From the NCBI RefSeq assembly GCF_036321535.1, contig NC_087436.1:2790001-2854000 (forward strand): DNA of 64,000 nt. Reading direction: 5' to 3'. The position numbers were made by a program, and so were the translations under genes. Under the pieces are notes generated by a model. It made no database searches, had not been told where the DNA came from, and saw nothing but the letters and a program-made list of their open reading frames with translations. Positions within the stretch are counted from its first letter, which is position 1. The number at the start of each line of letters is the position of its first letter. The DNA is from Camelus dromedarius (Eukaryota). Positions 37,763 through 51,692 of the stretch are shown here, piece by piece.

Positions 37763-40700
37763 CCTGTTTGAAGTTCCTGCAGTTTTCACAGTAATACAGA
37801 GTTGGAGCTAGTACATCCCCATATATATTTATGGAGACGTGCTTGCAACTGAAAAGAAACTTTGTGTTCCCAACAAGATAGCTGAAGGACGGCTTTCACA
37901 AACAATTATCTCTCAGAACTGAGCATGTGGAGAGACCTTCGTTCATCTAGAACAAAGGGAATGGGTTGCAGGAGAAAATTTTACTCTGGTTTCTCAGTCT
38001 TTTTCCTAGTACCGGTTTGAAGATCCTGCAGTTTTCACTGTAAAACCGAGTTATAGATATAACCTCCCCATATATATGTATGAAGTGGATTTTGCAACTG
38101 AAAAGAAACTATGTGTTCCCAACAAGCTTTGTGAAGGACGGCTTTCACACACACTTATCTCTAAGAACTGAGCATGTGGAGAGACTTTCGTTCATCTAGC
38201 ACAAAGGGAACGGGTTGCAGGAGAAATTTTAATTTGGTTTCTCAGTCTGTTTCTTAGCCGGTTTGAAGTTCCTGCAGTTTTCACTGTAAAACCGAGTTGG
38301 AGCTAGTACCTCCCCATATATATGTATGGAGTGGAGTTTGCAAGTGTAAAGAAACTTTGTGTTCCCAACAAGCTAGGTGAAGGACGGCTTTCACACAACA
38401 TATCTTTCAGAACTGAGCATGTGGAGAGACGTTCGTTCATCTAGCACAAAGGGAACGGTTTGCAGGAGAAACTTTTACTCTGGTTTCTCAGTCTGTTTCC
38501 TAATGCCGGTTTGAAGTTCCTGCAGTTTTCTCTGTAAAACCGAGTTGGAGCTAGTACCTCCCCATATATATGTATGGATTGGTGTTTGCAACTGAAAAGA
38601 AACTTTATGTTCCCAACAAGCTAGTTGAAGGACGGCTTTCACACACACTTATCTCTCAGAAATTAGCATGTGGAGAGACAATCGTTCATCTAGCACAAAC
38701 GGAACGGGGTGCAGGAGAAACTTTTACTCTGGTTTCTCACTCTGTTTCCTAGTGCCGTTTTGAAAATCCTGCAGCTTTCACTGTAAAACCGAGTTGGAGC
38801 TAGTACCTCCCCATATATATGTATGGAGTGGAGTTTGCAACTGAAAAGAAACTATGTGTTCCCAACAAGCTGGTTGAAGGACGGCTTTCACACAAACTTA
38901 TCTCTCAGAACTGAGCATGTGGAGAGATATTCGTTCATCTAGCACAAAGTGAACGGGTTGAAGGGGAAACTTTTACTCTGGTTTCTCAGTCTGTTTCCTA
39001 GTGACGGTTTGAAGTTCCTGCAGTTTTCACTGTAAAAGAGAGTTGGAGCTAGTACCTCCCCATATATATTTATGGAGACGTGTTTGCAACTGAAAAAAAA
39101 CATTGTGTTCCCAACAAGCTAGTTGAAGTACGGCTTTCACAAACAATTATCTCTCAAAACTGAGCATGTGGAGAGACGTTCGTTCATCTAGCACAAAGGG
39201 AATGGGTTGCAGGAGAAAATTTTTCTCTTGTTTCTCAGTCTGTTTCCTAGTGCCGGTTTGAAGTTCCTGCAGTATTCACTGTAAAACCGAGTTATAGCTA
39301 GAACCTCCCCATATATATGTCTGGAGTGAATTTTGCAACTGAAAAGAAACTATGTGTTCCCAACAAGCTTGGTGAAGGACGGCTTTCACACACACTTATC
39401 TCTCAGAACTGAGCATGTGGAGAGACGTTCGTTCATCTAGCACAAAGGGAACGGGTTGCAGGAGAAATTTTACTTTGGTTTCTCAGTCTGTTTCTGAGCC
39501 GGTTTGAAGTTCCTGCAGTTTTCACTGTAAAACCGAGTTGGAGCTAGTACCTCCACATATATATGTATGGAGTGGAGTTTGCAAGTGAAAAGAAACTTTG
39601 TGTTCCCAACAAGCTAGGTGAAGGACGGCTTTCACACACAATTATCTCTCAGAACTGAGCATGTGGAGAGACTTTCGTTCATCTAGCACAAAGGGAACGG
39701 GTTGCAGGAGAAACTTTTACTCTGGTTTCTCAGTCTGTTTCCTAATGCCGGTTTGAAGTTCCTGCAGTTTTCTCTGTAAAACCGAGTTGGAGCTTGTACC
39801 TCCCCATATATATGTATGGATTGGTGTTTGCAACTGAAAAGAAACTTTGTGTTCCCAACAAGCTAGTTGAAGTACGGCTTTCACACACACTTATCTCTCA
39901 GAACTGAGCATGTGGAGAGACGTTCGTTCATCTAGCACAAACGGAATGGGTTGCAGGAGAAACTTTTACTGTGGTTTCTCAGTCTGTTTCCTAGTGCCGG
40001 TTTGAACTTCCTGAAGTTTTCACTGTAAAACCGAGTTGTAGCTAGTACATCCCCTTATATATGTATGGAGTGGGGTTTGCAATTGAAAAAAAACTTTGTG
40101 TTCCCAAGAAGCCAGGTGAAGAACGGTTTCACACACACTTATCTCTCAGAACTGAGCATTTGGAGAGACGTTCATTCATCTAGCACAAAGGAACTTGTTG
40201 CAGGAGAGACTTTTACTCTGTTTTCTCAGTCTGTTTCCTAGTGCCGGTTTTTAAGTTCCTGCAGTTTTCACTGTAAAACCGAGTTGGAGCTAGTACCTCC
40301 CCATATATATGTATGGAGTGGAGTTTGCTACTGAAAAGAAACTATGTATTCCCAACAAGCTAGGTGAAGGACGGCTTTCACACACACTTATCTCTCAGAA
40401 CTGAGCATGTGGAGAGACATTCTTTCATCTAGCACAAAGTGAACGGGTTGAAGGGGAAACTTTTACTCTGGTTTATCAGTCTCTTTCCTAGTGCCGGTTT
40501 GAAGTTCCTGCAGTTTTCACTGTAAAACAGATTTGGAGCTAGTACCTCCCCATATATATTTATGGAGACGTGTTTGCAACTGAAAAGAAACTTTGTGTTC
40601 CCAACAAGCTAGGTGAAGGACGGCTTTCACAAACACTTATCTCTCAGAACTGAGCATGTGGAGAGACGTTCGTTCATCTAGAACAAAGGGAATGCGTTGA

Positions 40701-40790
40701 AGGGGAAAATTTTACTCTGGTTTCTCAGTCTTTTTCCTAGTACCGGTTTGAAGTTCCTGCAGTTTTCACTGTAAAACCGAGTTGGAGCTG
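37763..40790. repeat. Local 5/6-monomer HOR, about 2.3 diverged copies
   Basis: GGAGACGTG at 37833, 39074 and 40564. GTTATAG, a 2-bp-deleted junction (TTCTTAGCCGG/TTCTGAGCCGG) and CCTAATGCC recur at ~1.24-kb offset. Confidence 0.8.
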
Positions 40791-43700
40791 GGACCTCCCC
40801 ATTAATATGTATGGAGTGGAGTTTGCAACTTAAAAGAATCTTTGTGTTCCCAAGAAGCTAGGTGAAGGACGGCTTTCATACACAAATATCTCTCAGAACT
40901 GAGCATGTGGAGAGACGTTTGTTCATCTAGCACATAGGGAACGGGTTGCAGGGGAATCTTTTACTCTGGTTTCTCAGACTGTTCCTAGTGCCGGTTTGAA
41001 GTTTCTGCAGTTTTCACTGTAAAACAGAGTTGGAGCTAGTACCTCTGCATATATATGTATGGAGTGGAGTTTGCAACTGAAAAAAACTTTGTGTTCCCAA
41101 CAAGCTAGCTGAAGGACGGCTTTCACACACACTTATCCCTCAGAACTGAGCATGTGGAGAGACGTTCGTTCATCTAGCACAAAGGGAACGGGTTGCAGGA
41201 GAAACTTTTACTCTGGTTTCTCAGTCTGTTTCCTAGTGCCGGTTTGAAGTTCCTGCAGTTTTCACTGTAAATCCGAGTTGGAGTTAGTACCTCCCCATAT
41301 ATATGTATGGATTAGAGTTTCCAACTGAAAAGAAACTTTGTGTTCACAACAAGATATTTGAAGGACGGCTTTCACACACACTTATCTCTCAGAACTGAGC
41401 ATGTGGAGAGACGTTCGTTCTTCTAGCACAAAGGGAACGGTTTGCAGGAGAAACTTTTACTCTGGATTCTCAGTCTGTTTCCTAGTGCCGGTTTGAAGTT
41501 CCTGCAGTTTTCACTGTAAAACCGAGTTGGAGCTAGTATCTCCCCATATATATGTATGGAGTGGAGTTTGCAACTGAACAGAAACTTTGTGTTCCCAACA
41601 AGCTAGGTGAAAGACGGCTTTCACACACATTTATCTCTCAAAACTGAGCATGTGGAGAGACGTTCGTTCATCTAGCACAAAGGGAACGGGTTGCATGAGA
41701 AACATTTACTCTGGTTTCTCAGTCTGTTTCCTAGTGCAGGTTTGATGTTCCTGCAGTTTTCACTGTAAAACAGAGTTGGAGCTAGTACCTCCCCATATAT
41801 ATGTATGGAGTGGAGTTTGCAACTGAAAAGAAACTTTGTGTTCCCAACAAGCTAGTTGAAGGACGGCTTTCACACACACTTATCTCTCAGAACTGAGCAT
41901 GTGGAGAGACGTTCGTTCATCTAGCACAAAGGGAACGGGTTGCATGAGAAACATTTACTCTGGTTTCTCAGTCTGTTTCCTAGTGCCGGTTTGATGTTCC
42001 TGCAGTTTTCACTGTAAAACAGATTTGGAGCTAGTACCTCCCCATATATATGTATGGAGTGGAGTTTGCAACTGAAAAGAAACTTTGTGTTCACAACAAG
42101 ATAGGTGAAGGACGGATTTCACACACACTTATCTCTCAGAACTGAGCATGTGGAGAGACGATCGTTCATCTAGCACAAAGGGAACGGGTTGCAGGAGAAA
42201 CATTTACTCTGGTTTCTCAGTCTGTTTCCTAGTGCCGATTTGAAGTTCCTGCAGTTTTCACTGTAAAACCGAGTTGGAGCTAGTACCTCCCCATATATTT
42301 GTATGGAGTGGAGTTTGCTACTGAAAAGAAACTTTGTGTTCCCAACAAGCTACGTGAAGGACGGCTTTCAAACTCACTTATATCTCAGAACTGAGCATGT
42401 GGAGAGACGTTCGTTCATCTAGCACAAAGGGAACGGGTTGCAAGAGAAACTTTTACTCTGGTTTCTCAGTCTGTTTCCTAGTGCCGGTTTGAAGTTCCTG
42501 CAATTTTCACTGTAAAACCGAGTTGGAGCTAGTACCTCCCCATATATATGTATGGAGTGGAGTTTGCAACTGAAAAGAAACTTTGTGTTCACAACAAGAT
42601 AGTTGAAGGACGGCTTTAACACACACTTATCTCTCAGAACTGAGCATGTGGAGAGAAGTTCGTTCATCTAGCACAAAGGGAACGGTTTGCAGGAGAAACA
42701 TTTACTCTGGTTTCTCAGTCTTTTTTCTACTTCCGGTTTCAAGTTCCTGCAGTTTTCACTGTAAAACAGAGTTGGAGCTAGTACCTCCCCATATATATGT
42801 ATGGAGTGGAGTTTGCAAGTGAAAAGAAACTTTGTGTTCCCAACCAGCTTGGTGAAGGACGGCTTTCACACACACTTATCTCTCAGAACTGAGCATGTGG
42901 AGAGACGTTCGTTCATCTAGCACAACGGGAACGGGTTGCAGGAGAAACTTTTTCTCTGTTTTCTCAGTCTGTTTCCTGTTGCCGGTTTGAAGATCCTGCA
43001 GTTTTCTGTGTAAAACCGAGTTGGAGCTAGTATCTCCCCATATAAATGAATGGATTGGGGTTTGCAACTGAAAAGAAACTTTGTGTTCCCAAAAAGCTAG
43101 TTGAAGGACGGCTTTCACACACACATATCTCTCAGAACTGAGCATGTGGAGAGACGTTCGTTCATCTAGCACAATGGGAACGGGTTGAAGGAGAAAATTT
43201 TACTCTGGTTTCTCAGTGTGTTTCCTAGTGCCGGTTTGAAGTTCCTGCAGTTTTCACTGTAAAACCGAGTTGGAGCTAGTACTTCCCCATATATATGTAT
43301 GGAGTGGAGTTTGCAACTGAAAAGAAACTTTGTGTTCACAATAAGATAGTTGAAGGACGGCTTTCACACACACTTATCTCTCAGAACTGAGCATGTGGAG
43401 AGACGTTCGTTCATCTAGCACAAATGGAACGGTTTGCAGGAGAAACTTTTACTCTGTCTTCTCAGTCTGTTTCCTAGTACCGGTTTGAAGTTCCTGCAGT
43501 TTTCACTGTAAAACCGAGTTGGAGCTAGTATCTCCCAATATATATGTATGGATTGGAGTTTGAAACTGAAAAGAAACTTTGTGTTCCCAACAAGCTAGGT
43601 GAAGGACGGCTTTCATACACAATTATCTCTCAGAAATGAGCATGTGGACAGACGTTCGTTCATCTAGCACAAAGGGAACGGGTTGCATGAGAAACATTTA

Positions 43701-46700
43701 CTCTGGTTTCTCAGTCTGTTTCCTAGTGCCGGTTTGATGTTCCTGCAGTTTTCACAGTAAAACAGTTTTGGAGCTAGTACCTCCCCATATATATGTATGG
43801 ATTGGAGTTTGCAACTGAAAAGTAACTTTGTGTTTCCAACAAGCTAGCTGAAGGACGGCTTTCACACACACTTATCTCTCAGAACTGAGCATGTGGAGAG
43901 ACGTTCGTTCATCTAGCACAAAGGGAACGGGATGCAGGAGAAACTTTTACTCTGGTTTCTCAGTCTGTTTTCTAGTTCCGGTTTCAAGTTCCTGCAGTTT
44001 TCACTGTAAAACAGAATTGGAGCTAGTACCTCCCCATATATATGTATGGAGTGGAGTTTGCAAGTGAAAAGAAACTTTGTGTTCCCAAACAGCTTGGTGA
44101 AGGACGGCTTTCACACACACTTATCTCTCAGAACTGAGCATGTGGAGAGACGTTCGTTCATCTAGCACAAACAGAACGGGTTGCAGGAGAAACTTTTTCT
44201 CTGGTTTCTCAGTCTGTTTCCTGTTGCCGGTTTGAAGATCCTGCAGTTTTCACTGTAAAACCGAGTTGGAGCTAGTATCTCCCCATATAAATGAATGGAT
44301 TGGAGTTTGCAACTGAAAAGAAACTTTGTGTTCCCAAAAAGCTAGGTGAAGGACGGCTTTCACACACACTTATTTCTCAGAACTGAGCATGTGGAGAGAC
44401 GTTCGTTCATCTAGCACAATGGGAACGGGTTGCAGGAGAAAGTTTTACTCTTGTTTCTCAGTGTGTTTCCTAGTGCCGGTTTGATGTTCCTGCAGTTTTC
44501 ACTGTAAAACCGAGTTGGAGCTAGTATCTCCCCATATAAATGAATGGATTGGAGTTTGCAACTGAAAAGAAACTTTGTGTTCCCAACAAGCTAGGTGAAT
44601 TACGGCTTTCACACACACTTATCTCTCAGAACTGAGCATGTGGAGAGACGTTCGTTCATCTAGCACAATGGGAACGGGTTGCAGGAGAAAAATTTACTCT
44701 TGTTTCTCAGTGTGTTTCCTAGTGCCGGTTTGAAGTTCCTGCAGTTTTCACTGTAAAACCGAGTTGGAGCTAGTACCTCCCCATATATATATGTATGGAG
44801 TGGAGTTTGCAACTGAAAAGAAACTTTGTTTTCCCAACAAGCTAGGTAAAGGACGTCTTTCACACAGACATATCTCTCAGAACTGAGCATGTGGAGAGAC
44901 GTTCGTTCATCTAGCAAAAAGGGAACGGGTTGCAGGAGAAACATTTACTCTGGTATCTCAGTCTGTTTCCTAGTGCCGGTTTGAAGTTCCTGGAATTTTC
45001 ACTGTAAAACCGAGTTGGAGCTAGTACCTCCCCATATATATGTATGGAGTGGAGTTTGCAACTGAAAAAAAACTTTGTGTTCACAACAAGATAGTTGAAG
45101 GACGGCTTTCACACACACTTATCTCTCAGAACTGAGCTTGTGGAGGGACGTTCATTCATCTAGCACAAAGGGAACGGGTTGCAGGAGAAACTTTTACTCT
45201 GGTTTTCAGTCTGTTTCCTAGTGCCGGTTTAAAGTTCCTGCAGTTTTCACTGTAAAACCGAGTTGGAGCTATTATCTCCCAATATATATGTATGGAGTGG
45301 AGTTAGAAACTGAAAGGAAACTTTGTGTTCCCAACAAGCTAGGTGAAGGACGGCTTTCACACACACTTATCTCTCAGAACTGAGCATGTGGAGAGACGTT
45401 CGTTCATCTAGCACAAAGGGAACGGGTTTCAGGATAAACTATTACTCTGGTTTCTCAGTCTCTTTCCTAGGGCCGGTTAGAAGTTCCTGCAGTTTTCACT
45501 GTAAAAACGAGTTGGAGCTAGTATCTCCCCATATAAATGAATGGATTGGAGTTTGCAACTGAAAAGAAACTTTGTGTTCCCAACAAGCCAAGTGAAGGAC
45601 GGCTTTCACACACACTTATTTCTCAGAACTGAGCATGTGGAGAGACGTTCGTTCATCTAGCACAAAGGGAACGGGTTGCAGGAGAAACAATTACTCTGGT
45701 TTCTCAGTCTGTTTCCTAGTGCCGGTTTGAAGTTCCTGCAGTTTTCACTATAAAACCGATTTGGAGCTAGTACCACCCCATATATATTTATGGATTGGAG
45801 TTTGCAACTGAAAAGAAACTTTGTGTTCCCAACAAGCTAGGTGAAGGACGGCTTTCACACACACTTATCTCTCAGAACTGAACATGTGGAGAGACGTTCG
45901 TTCATCTAGCACAAAGGGAACGGGTTGCAGGAGAAACTTTTACTCTGGTTTCTCAGTCTGTTTCCTAGTGCCGGTTTGAAGTTCCTGCAGTTTTCTCTGT
46001 AAAACCGAGTTGGAGCTAGTACCTCCCCATATATATGTATGGAGTGGAGTTTGCAACTTAAAAGTAACTTTGTGTTCCCAACAAGCTAGGTGAAGGACGG
46101 CTTTCACACACACTTATCTCTCAGAACTGAACATGTGGAGAGACGTTCGTTCATCTAGCACAAAGGGAACGGGTTGCAGGAGAAACTTTTACTCTGGTTT
46201 CTCATTCTGTTTCCTAGTGCCGGTTTGAAGTTCCTGCAGTTTTCACTGTAAAACCGAGTTGGAGCTTGTACCTCCCCATATATATGTATGGAGTGGAGTT
46301 TGCAACTTAAAAGAAACTTTGTGTTCCCAACAAGCTAGGTGAAGGACAGCTTTCACACACACCTATCTCTCAGAAATGAGCATGTGGAGAGACGTTCGTT
46401 CATCTAGCACATAGGGAACGGGTTGCAGGAAAAATTTTACTCTGGTTTCTCAATCTGTTTCCTAGTGCCGGTTTGAAGTTCCTGCAGATTTCACTGTCAA
46501 ACCGAGTTGGAGCTAGTACCTACCAATATATATGTATGGAGTGGAGTTTGCAATTGAAAAGAAACTTTGTGTTCCCAACAAGCTAGGTGAAGGATGGCTT
46601 TCACACACACTTATCTCTCAGATCTGAGCATGTGGAGATACGTTGGTTCATCGAGCAAAAAGGGAACGGGTAACAGGAGAAACTTTTACTCTGGATTCTC

Positions 46701-49700
46701 AGTCTGTTTTCTACTGCCGGTTTGATGTTCCTGCAGTTTTCACTGTAAAACAGAGTTGGAGCTAGTACCTCCCCATATATTTGTATGGAGTGGAGTTTGC
46801 TACTGAAAAGAAATTTTGTGTTCCCAACAAGCTAGGTGAAGGACGGCTTTCACACACACTTATCTCTCAGAACTGAGCATGTGGAGAGAGGTACGTTCAT
46901 CTAGCACAAAAGGGAACGGGTTGCAAAAGAAACTTTTACTCGGGTTTCTCAGTCTGTTTCCTAGTGCCGGTTTGAAGTTCCTGCAGTTTTCACTGTAAAT
47001 CCGAGTTGGAGCTAGTACCTCCCCATATATATGTATGGAGTGGAGATTGCAAGTGAAAAGAAACTTTGTGTTCCCAACGACCTTGGTGAAGGACGGCTTT
47101 CACACACACATCTCTCAGAAATGAGTATGTGGAGAGAAGTTCGTTCATCTAGCACAAAGGGAACGGGTTGCAGGAGAAACTTTTTCTCTGGTTTCTCAGT
47201 CTGTTTCCTGTTGCCGGTTTGAAGTTCCTGCTGTTTTCACTGTAAAACCGAGTTGGATCTAGTACCTTCCCATATATATGTATGGATTGGAGTTTGCAAC
47301 TAAAAATAAACTTTGTGTTCCCAACAAGCTAGGTGAAGGACGGCTTTCACACACACTTATCTCTCAGAACTGAGCATGTGGAGAGACGTTCGTTCATCTA
47401 GCACAAAGGGAACGGGTTGCAGGAGAAACTTTTACTCTGGTTTCTCAGTCTGTTTCCTAGTGCCGGTTTGAAGTTCCTGCAGTTTTCACTGTAAAACCGA
47501 GTTGGAACTAGAACCTACCCATAAATATGTATGGATTGGAGTTTGCAACTGAAAAGAAACTTTGTTTTCCCAACAAGCTAGGTGAAGGACGGCTTTCAAA
47601 CACACTTATCTCTCAGAACTGAGCATGTGGAGAGACGTTCGTTCATCTAGCACAAAGGAAACGGGTTGCAGGAGAAACTTTTTCTCTGGTTTCTCAGTCT
47701 GTTTCCTGTTGCCGGTTTGAATTTCCTGAAATATTCATTGTAAAACCGATTTGGAGCTAGTACATCCCCATATATATGTAAGGTGTGGAGTTTGCATGTG
47801 AAAAGAGACTTTGTGTTCCCAAGAAGCTAGGTGAAGTACGGCTTTCAAACACTCTTATCTCTCAGAACTGAGCATGTGGAGAGACGTTCGTTCATTTAGC
47901 ACTAATGAAACGGGTTGCAGGAGAAACTTAATTCTGGTTTCTCAGTATGTTTCCTAGTGCCGGTTTGAAGTTCCTGCAGTTTTCACTGTAAAACCGAGTT
48001 GGAGCTAGTGCCTCCCCATATATATGTATGGAGTGGAGTTTGCAAGTGAAAAGAAACTTTGTGTTCCCAACAAGCCAAGTGAAGCCCGGCTTTCACACAC
48101 AATTATTTCTCAGAACTGAGCATGTGGAGAGACGTTCGTTCAACTAGCACAAAGGGAACGGGTTGCAGGAAAAACAATTACTCTGGTTTCTCAGTCTGTT
48201 TCCTAGTGCCGGTTTGAAGTTCCTGCAGTTTTCACTATAAAACCGATTTGGAGCTAGTACCACCCCATATATATTTATGGATTGGAGTTTGCAACTGAAA
48301 AGAAACTTTGTGTTCCCAACAAGCTAGGTGAAGGACGGCTTTCACACACACTTATCTCTCAGAACTGAACATGTGGAGAGACGTTTGTTCATCTAGCACA
48401 AAGGGAACGGTTTGCATGAGAAACTTTTACTCTGGTTTCTCATTCTGTTTCCTAGTGCCGGTTTGAAGTTCCTGCAGTTTTCACTGTAAAACCGAGTTGG
48501 AGCTAGTACCTCCCCATATATATGTATGGAGTGGAGTTTGCAAGTGAAAAGAAACTTTGTTTTCCCAACAAGCTATGTGAAGGACGGCTTTCACACACAC
48601 TTATCTCTCAGAACTGAGCATGTGGAGAGACGTTCATTCATCTAGCACAAAGGGAACAGGTTGCAGGAGATACAATTACTCTGATTTCTCAGTCTTTTTC
48701 CTAGTACCGTTTTGATGTTCCTGCAGTTTTCACTGTAAAACAGAGTTGGAGCTAGTACTTCCCCATATATTTGTATGGAGTGGAGTTTGCTACTGAAAAG
48801 AAACTTTGTGTTCCCAACAAGCTAGGTGAAGGACGGCTTTCACACACACTTATCTCTCAGAACTGAGCATGTGGATAGACGTACGTTCATCTAGCACAAA
48901 AGGGAACGGGTTGCAAGAGAAACTTTTACTCGGGTTTCTCAGTCTGTTTCCTAGTGCCGGTTTGAAGTTCCTGCAGTTTTCACTGTAAAACCGAGTTGGA
49001 GCTAGTACCTCCCCATATATATGTATGGAGTGGAGTTTGCAACTGACAAGAAACTTTGTTTTCACAACAAGCTAGTTGAAGGACGGCTTTCACACACACT
49101 TATCTCTCAGAACTGCGCTTGTGGAGAGACGTTCGTTCATCTAGCACAAAGGGAACGGGTTGCAGGAGAAACTTTTACTCTGTTTTCTCAGTCTGTTTCC
49201 TAGTGCCGGTTTAAAGTTCCTGCAGTTTTCACTGTAAAACCGAGTTGGAGCTAGTATCTCCCAATATATATGTATGGAGTGGAGTTTGAAACTGAAAAGA
49301 ACTTTGTATTCCCAACAAGTTAGGTGAAGGACGGCTTTCACACACACTTATCTCTCAGAACTTAGCATGTGGAGAGACGTTCGTTCATCTAGCAAAAAGG
49401 GAAAGGTTTGCAGGAGAAACTTTTACTCTGGATTCTCAGTCTGTTTTGTAGTGCCGGTTTGAAGTTCCTGCAGTTTTCACTGTAAATCCGAGTTGGAGCT
49501 ATTACCTCCCCATATATATGTAATGGGTGGAGTTTGCAAGTGAAAAGAATCTTTGTGTTCCCAACAAGCTAGATGAAGGACGGCTATCACACACAATTAT
49601 CTCTCAGAAATGAGCATGTGGAAAGACGTTCGTTCATCTAGCACAAATGGAACGGGTTGCAGGAGAAACTTTTTCTCTGGTTTCTCAGTCTGTTTCCTAG

Positions 49701-49702
49701 AG

Positions 49703-51692
49703 CCGGTTTGAAGTTCCTGAAATTTTCATTGTAAAACCGATTTGGAGCTAGTACATCCCCATATATATGTAAGGTGTGGAGTTTGCAAGTGAAAAGAAAC
49801 TTTGTGTTCCCAAGAATCTAGGTGAAGTACGGCTTTCAAACACTCTTACCTCTCAGAACTGAGCATGTGGAGAGACGTTCGTTCATCTAGCACAAATGAA
49901 ACGTGTTGCAGGAGAAACTTAATTCTGGTTTCTCAGTATGTTTCCTAGTGCCGGTTTGAAGTTCCTGCAGTTTTCACTGTAAAACCGAGTTGGAGCTAGT
50001 ACCTCCCCATATATATATATGGAGTGGAGTTTGCAAGTGAAAAGAAACTTTGTGTTCCCAACAAGCCAAGTGAAGGACGGCTTTCACACACACTTATTTC
50101 TCAGAATTGAGCATGTGGAGGGACGTTCGTTCATCTAGCACAAAGGGAACGGTTTGCAGGAGAAACAATTACTCTGGTTTCTCAGTCTGTTTCCTAGAGC
50201 CGGTTTGAAGTTCCTGAAATTTTCATTGTAAAACCGATTTGGAGCTAGTACATCCCCATATATATGTAAGGTGTGGAGTTTGCAAGTGAAAAGAAACTTT
50301 GTGTTCCCAAGAATCTAGGTGAAGTACGGCTTTCAAACACTCTTATCTCTCAGAACTGAGCATGTGGAGAGACGTTCGTTCATCTAGCACAAATGAAACG
50401 TGTTGCAGGAGAAACTTAATTCTGGTTTCTCAGTATGTTTCCTAGTGCCGGTTTGAAGTTCCTGCAGTTTTCACTGTAAAACCGAGTTGGAGCTAGTACC
50501 TCCCCATATATATATATGGAGTGGAGTTTGCAAGTGAAAAGAAACTTTGTGTTCCCAACAAGCCAAGTGAAGGACGGCTTTCACACACACTTATTTCTCA
50601 GAATTGAGCATGTGGAGGGACGTTCGTTCATCTAGCACAAAGGGAACGGTTTGCAGGAGAAACAATTACTCTGGTTTCTCAGTCTGTTTCCTAGTGCCGG
50701 TTGGAAGTTCCAGCAGTTTTCACTATAAAACGGATTTGGAGCTAGTACCTCCCCATATATATTTATGGACTTGAGTTTGCAACTGAAAAGAAACTTTGTG
50801 TTCCCAACAAGCTAGGTGAAGGACGGCTTTCACACACACTTATCTCTCAGAACTGAACATGTGGAGAGACGTTCGTTCATCTAGCACAAAGGAACGGGTT
50901 GCAGGAGAAACTTTTACTCTCGTTTCTCATTCTGTTTCCTAGTGCCGGTTTGAAGTTCCTGCAGTTTTCACTGTAAAACCGAGTTGGAGCTAGTACCTCC
51001 CCATATATTTGTATGGAGTGGAGTTTGCTACTGAAAAGAAACTTTGTGTTCCCAACAAGCTAGGTGAAGGATGGCTTTCACACACACATATCTCTCAGAA
51101 CTGAGCATGTGGATAGACGTACGTTCATCTAGCACAAAAGGGAACGGGTTGCAAGAGAAACTTTTACTCGGGTTTCTCAGTCTGTTTCCTAGTGCCGGTT
51201 TGAAGTTCCAGCAGTTTTCACTATAAAACGGATTTGGAGCTAGTACCTCCCCATATATATTTATGGAGTTGAGTTTGCAACTGAAAAGAAACTTTGCGTT
51301 CCCAACAAGCTAGGTGAAGGACGGCTTTCACACACACTTATCTCTCAGAACTGAACATGTGGAGAGACGTTCGTTCATCTAGCACAAAGGAACGGGTTGC
51401 AGGAGAAACTTTTACTCCTGTTTCTCATTCTGTTTCCTAGTGCCGGTTTGAAGTTCCTGCAGTTTTCACTGTAAAACCGAGTTGGAGCTAGTACCTCCCC
51501 ATATATTTGTATGGAGTGGAGTTTGCTACTGAAAAGAAACTTTGTGTTCCCAACAAGCTAGGTGAAGGACGGCATTCACACACACTTATCTCTCAGAACT
51601 GAGCATGTGGATAGACGTACGTTCATCTAGCACAAAAGGGAACGGGTTGCAAGAGAAACTTTTACTCGGGTTTCTCAGTCTGTTTCCTAGTG
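49703..51692. repeat. Two consecutive dimer duplications (49703-50199/50200-50696 and 50697-51194/51195-51692)
   Basis: First pair shares CTAGAGCC, TATGTAAGGTGTGG, AAGAATCT, GCCAAGTG at offset 497. Second pair shares TCCAGCAG/CACTATAAAACGG and GCTACT/GATAGACGTACG at offset 498. Confidence 0.85.
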
